This document shows positions 38,466-46,558 of a DNA stretch of 64,000 bases, in pieces. The notes under the pieces are model-generated. The model searched no databases, had not been told where the DNA came from, and saw only the letters and a list, made by a program, of their open reading frames with translations. Position 1 is the stretch's first letter. The number at the start of each line of letters is the position of its first letter. The stretch is from Polyangiaceae bacterium (GTDB lineage: Bacteria > Myxococcota_A > Polyangia > Polyangiales > Polyangiaceae), in the NCBI GenBank assembly GCA_016929495.1, contig JAFGIS010000266.1, positions 17,260-81,259 of the forward strand. Direction: 5' to 3'. The translations under genes and the position numbers were made by a program.

Positions 38466-40253
38466 ATGCACTTGCTCGCAACTCTCGCAGCTCCGTTGGC
38501 CGCGGCCGCAACGGCCAAGAGCTTCTTCTGGGACAACCCCATCTTTGCCCACGACAACTGGGAAGGCACGATGCGCTTCATTCGCCTCGTGCTGACCATG
38601 GGCGGGGCCCTGCTGCTCATCGCCGAAGCGCGCGCTGGCCGGCTTGGCTACCACGTCTCCGAGCGAGCCAAGAAGCGCTTCGCGCTCGGTGTCACGGCCA
38701 TCGCCTTCGTCACCTACTTCGATTTCTTCAATCCGAACGTCCGCTACTCCGAGTACTACCACCGGCACGAGTTCTATCACTACTACCTGGGGTCCAAGTA
38801 CTTCAAGGAGGTTGGCTACACTCGGCTCTACGAGTGCACGCTGGTCGCTGAAGTCGACAACGGACGCCGTGCCGATGTCGCCAAGCGCGAGTTTCGCGAT
38901 CTGAGCGGTAACCTGATCAGGAAGGTCTCCGACACCTATGTCCTGACCGATCCGGATCAATGCAAGAAGCACTTCACCGACGCTCGATGGGAGGCCTTCA
39001 GAAAGGACGTCAACTGGTTCTACCAGTCAGCGCGTGGCAGCTACTGGGAGAACATGCAGAAGGATCATGGTTACAATCCACCACCCGTGTGGACCATGGC
39101 CGGCAAGTTCTTCGGTAGCTTCGGTCCCGCCAGCGACGGCTTCTTCAAGATCCTGGCCAGCCTCGATGTGATCCTGAGCCTGGGCATGGTGCTGATGCTC
39201 GGCTGGGCCTTCGGGTGGCGCGTCATGACGGTGGCTGCCATCTTCTGGGGCGGCAACGGCCCGGCGAACTTCTACTGGACCGGTGGCGCCTTCCTGCGAC
39301 AGGATTGGTTCTTCTTCCTGGTGGCCGCTGCCGCCTTGGCACGCAAACGTCGACTCGCCATGGCCGGCGCCGCTCTGACCTGGTCGGCCCTGCTCCGGGT
39401 CTTCCCCGTCATCTTCTTCGGCGGCCCACTGATCATCATGGGCATCGAGGTCGTGCGACGCCTCAGAGGGCAGCACGTGGCGACCGACGCCGACGGGCTC
39501 GCACTCGAGCGGCCGAGTGGGTTGGCCGGCTTGCATCCGGTCTACTGGCTGTCGGCGGACCACCGACGGTTCCTCTTCGGCTGCATCGTTGCCGGCGGCC
39601 TGCTCGTGCCAGCCAGCCTGGTCGTCGCCGGGCCCGACTCCTACCAGCAGTTCTACAGCCATATCAGCGTGCACAAGAACACGCCGCTGACCAATACCAT
39701 GGGGCTCGAGACGGTGCTCGTGCACACCTGGAAAGGACGAATGCACCTGCAGCGCAACGACAACATGGACGATCCCTTCCAGGAGTGGAAGGAAGGACGT
39801 GTCCAACGCTTCCACGAGCGCAGAGTCTGGTTCTGGGCGATCATCCTCACCCTCGGTGGCTGGACGGTCTGGTCACTGCGGCGCACCAAGCTGCTCTGGG
39901 TCGGGATGGCGCTCAGCCTGCCCGTGGTGTTCGGGCTGACGAACCTGACCTGCTACTACTACTCGATGTTCATACTCGGGGCCGTACTCATACGCGCGCG
40001 CCCGCCAATCGGTCCTGCCTTCCTCGCCGTCAGCGGCGCGAGCCAGGTCGTCCTGAACTACTACTACTGGGTGGATGACAAGTACGTGGCCATGTCCTGG
40101 CTGTACCTCACTTTGTGCGTGATGCTGCTCTACGTCTATTCTCGACCCTTCTCGCTCGCGAGGCTCAGAGCCTGGTGGGACAGGGAACGCGAGCCCAAGT
40201 CTCAGTTCCAGCTGAATCGGAAGCACCGCGCTGCGGCCTGGCTCGGTCCTTGA
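38466..40253 (+). CDS. Large polytopic membrane protein of unknown function (Tyr/Trp/Phe-rich)
   Basis: The 595-aa product has good coding periodicity and at least 10 hydrophobic helices. A soluble loop is rich in aromatic residues (YFDFFNPNVRYSEYYHRHEFYHYYLGSKYFKEVGYTRLYEC). I recognise no catalytic motif. Confidence 0.6.
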   Translation: MHLLATLAAPLAAAATAKSFFWDNPIFAHDNWEGTMRFIRLVLTMGGALLLIAEARAGRLGYHVSERAKKRFALGVTAIAFVTYFDFFNPNVRYSEYYHRHEFYHYYLGSKYFKEVGYTRLYECTLVAEVDNGRRADVAKREFRDLSGNLIRKVSDTYVLTDPDQCKKHFTDARWEAFRKDVNWFYQSARGSYWENMQKDHGYNPPPVWTMAGKFFGSFGPASDGFFKILASLDVILSLGMVLMLGWAFGWRVMTVAAIFWGGNGPANFYWTGGAFLRQDWFFFLVAAAALARKRRLAMAGAALTWSALLRVFPVIFFGGPLIIMGIEVVRRLRGQHVATDADGLALERPSGLAGLHPVYWLSADHRRFLFGCIVAGGLLVPASLVVAGPDSYQQFYSHISVHKNTPLTNTMGLETVLVHTWKGRMHLQRNDNMDDPFQEWKEGRVQRFHERRVWFWAIILTLGGWTVWSLRRTKLLWVGMALSLPVVFGLTNLTCYYYSMFILGAVLIRARPPIGPAFLAVSGASQVVLNYYYWVDDKYVAMSWLYLTLCVMLLYVYSRPFSLARLRAWWDREREPKSQFQLNRKHRAAAWLGP

Positions 40254-40397
40254 CGCAACTTTCGCGTGTGAGCGCCCCGCCCAGTCGCGGGTTTCGATCC
40301 GGCGACTTCTCGTCCTCGGTCAGCGAAGGGCATGGGTTCGCGGAGCGCGTGGCCGGTCGAGTTGATAGACCTCGGGCCGGCCGCTACGCTCCCGGGT

Positions 40398-41084
40398 ATG
40401 CACGGCCGCGAGAGAGTCCCCCCACGCTTGGTCGATGCGCCGCTCCAGTCGTCAGACCGCTCGAGCGTGCCCCCGGCGGAAGCGCGCGGTAGCTATCATC
40501 ATACTGGTCTGCGCCAAGCGTTGGTCGACGCGAGCCTGGAGCTGCTCGCCGAACGCGGGCCACGCGCGGTGACGCTGCGCGAAGTCGCCCGCCGTGCCGG
40601 TGTGTCGCACTCGGCGCCCTACCGCCACTTCTCGGACCGGTCCGCGCTGCTCGCAGCGGCAGCGGCCCGGTGTCTCGCCGAGCTCGGCGCCTGCTTGTCG
40701 TCGGCGCGACGCGCGGCCGGGGCTTCTGCGTCAGCGCAGCTCGAGGCCATGATGCGCGCGTACGTCGACTTCGCCGTGTCGAACCCGGGCCGGTTCCGGC
40801 TGATGTTTGGCTCGGACATCCAACGAAAGCTGGCGGAACTGCACGGACCGGAAGCCGGAGCCGTCGTCGAACAGATCGCTGACGCGCTCGCCAGCGACTC
40901 GAGGCCCGCTGGAAGCGTTGCCGACCCCCAGCTGTGGGCACAATTGGCCTGGGCCACGATGCACGGCTTGGCAAGCTTCGCCGTCGACGCCGCACTCGCG
41001 GGAGCTCGGTCGAGCTCCACCAGTGACCTTCTGCGCGCCGCGGCGCGCATGATCCATTCGAGCCTTCTGCCACCAAGGCCCTAG
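40398..41084 (+). CDS. TetR/AcrR family transcriptional regulator
   Basis: It has the TetR HTH signature (AVTLREVARRAGVSHSAPYRHFSDRSALLAA) and a helical C-terminal ligand domain. The start is taken at the ATG at 40398. Confidence 0.85.
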   Translation: MHGRERVPPRLVDAPLQSSDRSSVPPAEARGSYHHTGLRQALVDASLELLAERGPRAVTLREVARRAGVSHSAPYRHFSDRSALLAAAAARCLAELGACLSSARRAAGASASAQLEAMMRAYVDFAVSNPGRFRLMFGSDIQRKLAELHGPEAGAVVEQIADALASDSRPAGSVADPQLWAQLAWATMHGLASFAVDAALAGARSSSTSDLLRAAARMIHSSLLPPRP

Positions 41085-41160
41085 TGCATCGTTTCCATTG
41101 GAACGATGCCCAAGAACACGGGGTACCGCGGGTCAGATCGCCGGGAAGCGGCGGTTTTCT
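41081..41160 (+). repeat. Palindromic MITE/BIME-like intergenic repeat, copy A (may extend to ~41238)
   Basis: The sequence is CTAGTGCATCGTTTCCATTGGAACGATGCCCAAGAACACGGGGTACCGCGGGTCAGATCGCCGGGAAGCGGCGG. It shares the hairpin and about 50 nt of core with copy D at roughly 85% identity by eye. Its first four bases contain the tetR stop codon. Confidence 0.75.
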
Positions 41161-41281
41161 CAGTCTCTCCGCCCGCCGGTCGAGGCTCTCCTCGCTTCGC
41201 CCGGCGCGAGGCAATCGATGGCGCGCCGAGCCTCCACAGATGGCTTGCACCCGGGCTCGGTCAGGAGCATGAAGCTGTGTC

Positions 41282-42019
41282 ATGCAAGAGGAACTCCTCG
41301 GCGGCCTTCGCGTGTGGGTTACAGCCTCCAGGGCACCGCAAACCAAGTCCCCGCGCCTGGTGGTGGTCCTTCTGCACGGCTTCGGAGCTCCGGGCGACGA
41401 CCTGGTAGCTCTGTCGCATGGGCTGGCCGTACCCCCCGGAACGGTCTTCGCGTTTCCGGAAGCGCCAGTGTCCCTGGCCGGCGTCCTTCCCGCGATGTTG
41501 TTGCGTGAGGCGCGTGCTTGGTGGCTCCTTGACTTGGACTCCCAGGAAGCCGCCCTGCGGGCTGGCCGTTTCGAAGTACTCACAGCCTCCAACCCGCCTG
41601 GCCTCGAGACCGCTCGCAACGCAGTGGTTTCCATGCTCGACGAGCTCCAGCGCAGCCACGAAGTGAGCCCTGAGCGAATCGTGCTCGGGGGCTTCTCTCA
41701 GGGTGCCATCGTTGCCTGCGACGTGGCGCTTCACGACACGCGGCCTCTCGCGGGGTTGGTCCTGATGAGCGGTACGCTGATGGCCCAGGATGCATGGGTC
41801 GCAGGGATGCCCTCTCGGATTGGACTACGGGTGCTCCAGAGTCACGGGTCCGACGACACGCTGATGCCCCCAGCATTGTCCGAGCGCCTACGTGATCTCT
41901 TCGTCGCGGCGGGCCTCAGTGTCGACTGGGTGCCCTTCCGCGGTGGGCACAGCGTGCCTCAGGCCGTACTGACGCGTCTGGAAGCCTTTCTGGCTCACCT
42001 CGCGCCTGAAGGTTCCTAG
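41282..42019 (+). CDS. Phospholipase/carboxylesterase family alpha/beta hydrolase
   Basis: It shows LLHGFGAPGDDL, the nucleophile elbow GFSQGA and late HGSDD...GGH, which is the classic carboxylesterase (Abhydrolase_2) pattern. Confidence 0.8.
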   Translation: MQEELLGGLRVWVTASRAPQTKSPRLVVVLLHGFGAPGDDLVALSHGLAVPPGTVFAFPEAPVSLAGVLPAMLLREARAWWLLDLDSQEAALRAGRFEVLTASNPPGLETARNAVVSMLDELQRSHEVSPERIVLGGFSQGAIVACDVALHDTRPLAGLVLMSGTLMAQDAWVAGMPSRIGLRVLQSHGSDDTLMPPALSERLRDLFVAAGLSVDWVPFRGGHSVPQAVLTRLEAFLAHLAPEGS

Positions 42020-42075
42020 TGCATCGTTTCGATTGAAACGATAGCCCAAAACCGGGATGGGCAGGCTAGACTGGC
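42016..42075 (+). repeat. Palindromic intergenic repeat, copy B (truncated/degenerate)
   Basis: The sequence is CTAGTGCATCGTTTCGATTGAAACGATAGCCCAAAACCGGGATGGGCAGGCTAG. It has the same terminal CTAGTGCATCGTTTC hairpin as copy A, and its CTAG contains the esterase stop codon. Confidence 0.65.
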
Positions 42076-42292
42076 TGTCTCGGCACCGGTCGCGATGGTC
42101 AGCTCGCAGGGCGGGAACGTTCCCCTGCGAAGACGTCCTCCGGACAGGCAGCCGGAGTGCCAGCATCCCTTCCACGACGCCTCGAACGGACCAGGCCCAC
42201 CCCAACTGCGCCCGTCCGACACTTCGCTGTCGGGAGGCCTGACGCTCGCGCGGGCCGCAAACGCGCGCAGGGCGTGGACGGGTACGCGAAAG

Positions 42293-44851
42293 ATGCTAGG
42301 CACCCTGATTGGCGTCGACACGGCCGCCGGGGGTTCGGCGGTGTCTTCTTCAAGCGCGAATGGTCCACCCACAATGACTTCTGCAGCCAGCCGACAGCAA
42401 ACGGATGCCCCCCTGGTCGAAGGGAGCGATGCGGAATTGGAGCGAATCGTACGCGAAGAAGAGCAATGCCTGGCTCGCGTCCTGAGCCGCCTTGCGCTTC
42501 GCACCTCGCGTCGGCCCGAACCGGTCTACAACGAGTACTCGGACTACGATGCTCAGCTCCTGGCGCTACGTGACGAGCTGGCCTGCGCGCGCCTGGAGGA
42601 TGTACCCCCGCTGGTCGAACAGATGGAACGGCTGCAGAGCCTTGCCGCGCGGCGCCGCGAAGTGGTCGAAAGCCACGTCGACGCCAAGTCCCCCTACTTC
42701 GGGCACCTGGTGCTCGAGGAGGGCGGACGTCAGCGCGATGTGCTTGTCGGTCGTGGGACGTTTCTCGACACCGCTTCGGGGGTGCGTGTCGTCGATTGGC
42801 GCGATGCGCCGGTCAGTCGCCTGTACTACCGATACGAAGAGGGCGACGACTACGACGAGATCTTCGGCGACCGAGAAATCGAAGGGCGCGTCGTGGTGCG
42901 TCGCACCGTGGCGGTGGTCGACGGCAAGCTCCGCCGAGTCGCTTGCCCACAAGGCCGCTTTGCCTGCGGTGCCGACGGGCGTTGGACGCGGTTGGCATCG
43001 GAGTCGATGCGGCTAGCCGGCGGTCAGGGAACTGCGGCTCGTGCAGAGCAGCATCATCGCCTCGCCAAGCTGGGGGTGGGCGACGGGGACCTCACCGAAG
43101 ACAAGCACCTCAGGGAGATCACGGCCCTCATCGACCCGCGTCAGTTCGAGCTGATCACGCGAGAGGACTCGGGCCTGGTCGTCATCCAGGGCGGAGCCGG
43201 CAGCGGAAAGACGACGATCGGGCTGCACCGGCTCGCGTACCTCGCCTACCTGGATCCACGCCGGTTTCGGCCCGACCGTGTGCTCGTCGTCGTCTACAAC
43301 GATGCGCTCGCGCGCTATGTCTCGAAGGTCCTGCCCGCGCTCGAGGTGGAAGGTGTCCCGATCCGGACGTACGAGAACTGGGCTCGACGTCTGAGGACTA
43401 CCCACCTGCCGGATCTTCCGTCGGGCGTCGCCGAGGAGACGCCAGCGGTCGTAACGCGGCTGAAGAAACACCCTGCCATGCTCCACGCCGTGGACGCGCA
43501 CGCACGTCGGATTGCCGACCGATTCGAGACGGAGCTGCAACGTGCGCTCGGGCTGGCCCCGGACAGCGCGCACCGTGAGGCACTGCAAGCAACCTGGGCG
43601 CGAACATCGGCCCAGCCCTTCGCGCACAGAGTACACGCCATCGCCAGCGGGATGCGGTCACACGCGGCAACCCTGCCGGTCGACGCCCGAGTCGCGCTCG
43701 AACGTCTGGCAAGAATTGGTCTCGAGCAGGCACGCGACATCCCGGGGAGCTGGGCGGAGATGCTGAGCGATCGCCGGGCGCTCGAAGCGGTATTCGAGCG
43801 GTTCGCTCCAGGGGAGTTCTCGAGCGTCGATTTCGACCGAGCACTGGCCTGGTGCAGCAATCGTTGCTCACAGCTGCTTGGCGAACTCGACGAACAGACC
43901 GACCCGTCTGCTGCCGGGGACGGCTATCGCGCAACGCGCGCCGCCGAGGCGGCGAACGCTCGTCAGTTGTACGCGGACGACGAGCCAGACATCCTGCAGG
44001 GCATCGACGGACAAGACCTCGAAGAACCCGCAAGCCTCGACCGAGAAGACGACTCGATACTGCTGCGCCTCATCCAGAGGCTACGGGGGCCGCTCATGCG
44101 TGGAACGAGGGGAAAGGAGGCGCTGGTCTACGAGCACGTGTTCGTGGACGAAGCGCAGGACCTCAGTCCAGTGGAGCTCGCCGTCGTGCTGGACACGCTG
44201 AGCAGGGCTCGTTCGATTACGCTCGCTGGTGATGTCGCCCAGAGACTGCACATGGACAACGGCTTCTCCGACTGGCGCACTGTGCTCGACGAGCTCGGGC
44301 TGGCCCATACCGAAGTGGAGCCGCTGCGACTGAGCTACCGCTCTACCCACCAGATCATTGCTTTCTCCACGGCGGTCCTCGGCCCTCTCGCCGAGGACCG
44401 GGAGGGACACGCGGTCCGGAGCGGAGCTCCCGTGGAGCTCTTCGACTTTGGACACACCGGCGACGCGGTGGCCTTCCTGGCCGAGCAGTTGCGCGAGCTG
44501 ATGCAGGCGGAGCCGCGGGCTTCCGTGGCAGTCATCGCTCGGTACCCCGAGCAGGCCGACTTGTACTACGCCGGACTCAAGAACGGCGACGTGCCTAGGC
44601 TTCGGCGAGTGGCCGAACAGGACTTCTCATTCGCGCCGGGTGTCGACGTCACCGACGTCCGTCAGGTCAAGGGTCTCGAGTTCGACTATGTCATCCTCGT
44701 CGAAGCCACGAGCTCGAGCTACCCGGTCGACGAGGAATCGCGGCACCTTCTGCATATTGCTGCCACGCGGGCGGCGCATCAGCTGTGGCTGCTCTCTCCT
44801 GGCACGCCGAGCCGGTTGGTACCCGAGAAGCTGCGCGTACGAAGCTACTAG
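42293..44851 (+). CDS. helD: HelD-like (helicase IV / UvrD superfamily 1) RNA-polymerase-associated helicase
   Basis: It has a HelD-type N-terminal region (SPYFGHLVLEEGGRQRDVLVGRGTFLD...VRVVDWRDAPVSRLYY), a Walker A (VVIQGGAGSGKTTIGLHRLAYL), a DEAQ box (VFVDEAQDLSPVEL) and a late motif (VRQVKGLEFDYVILV). The start is uncertain: ATG at 42293 or 42374, while the listed ORF begins at 42095. Confidence 0.8.
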   Translation: MLGTLIGVDTAAGGSAVSSSSANGPPTMTSAASRQQTDAPLVEGSDAELERIVREEEQCLARVLSRLALRTSRRPEPVYNEYSDYDAQLLALRDELACARLEDVPPLVEQMERLQSLAARRREVVESHVDAKSPYFGHLVLEEGGRQRDVLVGRGTFLDTASGVRVVDWRDAPVSRLYYRYEEGDDYDEIFGDREIEGRVVVRRTVAVVDGKLRRVACPQGRFACGADGRWTRLASESMRLAGGQGTAARAEQHHRLAKLGVGDGDLTEDKHLREITALIDPRQFELITREDSGLVVIQGGAGSGKTTIGLHRLAYLAYLDPRRFRPDRVLVVVYNDALARYVSKVLPALEVEGVPIRTYENWARRLRTTHLPDLPSGVAEETPAVVTRLKKHPAMLHAVDAHARRIADRFETELQRALGLAPDSAHREALQATWARTSAQPFAHRVHAIASGMRSHAATLPVDARVALERLARIGLEQARDIPGSWAEMLSDRRALEAVFERFAPGEFSSVDFDRALAWCSNRCSQLLGELDEQTDPSAAGDGYRATRAAEAANARQLYADDEPDILQGIDGQDLEEPASLDREDDSILLRLIQRLRGPLMRGTRGKEALVYEHVFVDEAQDLSPVELAVVLDTLSRARSITLAGDVAQRLHMDNGFSDWRTVLDELGLAHTEVEPLRLSYRSTHQIIAFSTAVLGPLAEDREGHAVRSGAPVELFDFGHTGDAVAFLAEQLRELMQAEPRASVAVIARYPEQADLYYAGLKNGDVPRLRRVAEQDFSFAPGVDVTDVRQVKGLEFDYVILVEATSSSYPVDEESRHLLHIAATRAAHQLWLLSPGTPSRLVPEKLRVRSY

Positions 44852-44977
44852 CTAGTGCCGCGTTTCGATTGAGTTGAGGGGCCGGAAGCGGCGGCGCTTC
44901 CGGCCCCAAACCCACTCGTCTGAGCCGCGGCACCCCTCGTTCTTGTGCATCGCTCCAATTGAAACGATGCACAAGAC
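44852..44977 (-). repeat. Palindromic intergenic repeat, copy C (full length, inverted orientation)
   Basis: The plus strand starts CTAGTGCCGCGTTTCGATTGAG. It contains a perfect 13-bp GC hairpin (GGGGCCGGAAGCG-GCGG-CGCTTCCGGCCCC). It ends with CCTCGTTCTTGTGCATCGCTCCAATTGAAACGATGCACAAG, which is the reverse complement of the hairpin plus AAGAAC core of copies A and D. Confidence 0.75.
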
Positions 44978-45112
44978 TTGCCGGCGGAACGTCTCCCGCC
45001 AGACAGAGTGTCAATACGCCGGGGCCGCACTAGGCCAACGGGCCTGTTCTGGACGCGGGCACGGTTCGGCAGATGGTTGACCGTGAGCTTCGGCCATGGT
45101 CACTAGGCGGTC

Positions 45113-46120
45113 ATGGGTTGGCTACCTCCGAAGGCAATGGCTGCGGTGATCGCACTGTCGGCTTGGGGATGCGCCGAGACGCCCGCAGCGACGACGCCCG
45201 TGGGTTGCGACTCCGCCGTCCTGAACGAACCGCGGCCGGCGCCGAGCCCGGCCCCGCCCAGGCGACCTCACAGCCTGCCCGCCGACGTGGTCGAACGTGC
45301 GGCTCGCGATTTTCAGGGTCTTCGTGCTGATGGCGAGGCTCTCTCACCGGAGGAGCTTCTTGGTGAGATTGGACGCGCCAGCGTTCTCTGCATCGGGGAA
45401 GAACCCGCCGCGCCACATCACCACTGGATGGAGCTCACGGTCATCCGTGAGCTCCACAAGCGTGCGCCAGCAAGAGGCATCGAGCTCGGCCTCGGCCTCA
45501 CGATCTTCGCTGCGCGCGACCAGCGCTGGCTCGACCAGTACGCCGCTGGAGAACTCGGCGAACGCGACCTGCTCGGCGTGACCCACTACCAGGACAACTG
45601 GGAGCTCGACTTTGCGCTGTACCGCCCCCTCGTCGAGTACGCTGTTTCGCGGGGCGTCGCGCTCGTTGGCCTCAACGCTCCCTCCGAGCTCGTCAACCGA
45701 GTCGCGAGCGGCGGTCTCGAAGCCCTGCCCCCAGAGCAGGCCGAATCCCTCCCGGAGCTCGATCTCGACAACCCCGCGCATCGCCGCGCGTTCGATCAGG
45801 ACGGAAGCCGTGTTCCGGCGGCAGGGGTCGACGCGGACAATGCCTATTCGGCCGAGGTCCTCAGCGAGGAGACTGTTGCCGAACATGCGGCGCGTTGGGT
45901 GACCGAACGCCGACCCGCCCGTCAGCTTCTGGTTATTGCGAGAGCAAAACAGTGCGAACGTACTGCCATACCTGCGCGGATTGCGCGTAGGGGCGTCGCG
46001 AGGGCTCTGAGCCTCTGTCCTCTGGCCGAACCCCAAGGAACGTCACCCCGACCCGGCCTCGAAGGCTTCGACTACGGTTTCGTGATGGGCCCTCCAGGCG
46101 TTGGCGCCACGAACGACTAG
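45113..46120 (+). CDS. ChaN-like (DUF399, Tiki/TraB superfamily) lipoprotein
   Basis: It has a lipobox (ALSAWGC) and the motif CIGEEPAAPHHHWMELTVIRELH, which resembles the GExH..H core of ChaN/haem-binding uptake family proteins. Confidence 0.5.
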   Translation: MGWLPPKAMAAVIALSAWGCAETPAATTPVGCDSAVLNEPRPAPSPAPPRRPHSLPADVVERAARDFQGLRADGEALSPEELLGEIGRASVLCIGEEPAAPHHHWMELTVIRELHKRAPARGIELGLGLTIFAARDQRWLDQYAAGELGERDLLGVTHYQDNWELDFALYRPLVEYAVSRGVALVGLNAPSELVNRVASGGLEALPPEQAESLPELDLDNPAHRRAFDQDGSRVPAAGVDADNAYSAEVLSEETVAEHAARWVTERRPARQLLVIARAKQCERTAIPARIARRGVARALSLCPLAEPQGTSPRPGLEGFDYGFVMGPPGVGATND

Positions 46121-46323
46121 CCAGCTCCCTCGCTCCTCAGTGCGACGATTCAAGCTCGGGTCGACCTGGCGCTTTGTTGAGCCGTGCGCGCAGGGGCGAG
46201 ACACTAGCCCACTGGACGGCTTGGCCGGCGTCTTCGTGCGCTTTCCATTTCGTCATTGACGTTGTCTCGCTCCCCCCGTTCAAGCCAGAGAGACGGGGTC
46301 TGCTTGCTGCGCCCGTTCTTGAA

Positions 46324-46387
46324 GGGCGACAGCTTCGGTTCGTCCCGCTCGGGCGAACCGAAGTTGTCGCCCGATTTCTCTTTTGTT
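46324..46387 (+). terminator. Strong hairpin followed by a T-rich tract (intrinsic-terminator-like), plus strand
   Basis: The hairpin is GGGCGACAGCTTCGGTTCG-tcccgctcggg-CGAACCGAAGTTGTCGCCC, about 19 bp with one mismatch. It is followed by GATTTCTCTTTTGTT, which is striking in a genome of about 70% GC. It lies about 200 nt downstream of the ChaN-like stop. Confidence 0.4.
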
Positions 46388-46485
46388 GCCAGGCGTATGC
46401 GAGCCGGCCGGACCAAACGAACTCGGGACTGGTGCATCCGCCGAGCCGGAGCGTCACGTAGCCTCTGGACCCCAAGGGTTGTCGG

Positions 46486-46558
46486 AGCGGGACACGAGGT
46501 TCGAACTCGCGACCCCAAGCTTGGGAAGCTTGTGCTCTACCAGCTGAGCTAGTCCCGC
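46486..46558 (-). tRNA. tRNA-Gly (anticodon CCC)
   Basis: It was folded by hand on the minus strand as GCGGGAC-TA-GCTC-AGCTGGTA-GAGC-A-CAAGC-TTCCCAA-GCTTG-GGGTC-GCGAG-TTCGAAC-CTCGT-GTCCCGC-T. It is 73 nt and CCA is not encoded. Confidence 0.9.

Noticed and set aside
41084-41272. Similar short peptides translated from 41084-41272, 54678-55073 and 44691-45014 (HRFHWNDAQEHGVPRVRSPG-like)
   Set aside because: The similarity comes from the DNA repeat family. The orientation and frame differ relative to neighbouring genes, and the conserved part is hairpin-forming DNA. I interpret this as a nucleotide-level repeat, not a protein family.
40384-41634. 416-aa minus-strand ORF spanning tetR, repeat copy A and the esterase start
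   Set aside because: It crosses an intergenic repeat and two motif-bearing plus-strand genes, and its composition is Arg/Pro/Ala-dominated. It is a shadow ORF.
46121-46485. Tested whether the ORF-free gap next to tRNA-Gly is RNase P RNA, tmRNA, SRP RNA or 6S RNA
   Set aside because: None of the signatures is present on either strand. I looked for GGAAAGTCCGGGC and ACAGAACCCGGCTTA (RNase P), a tRNA-like CCA end with a tag ORF (tmRNA), and the GGTCCGGAAGGAAGCAGCC-type SRP domain IV. I could not assess 6S RNA by eye.
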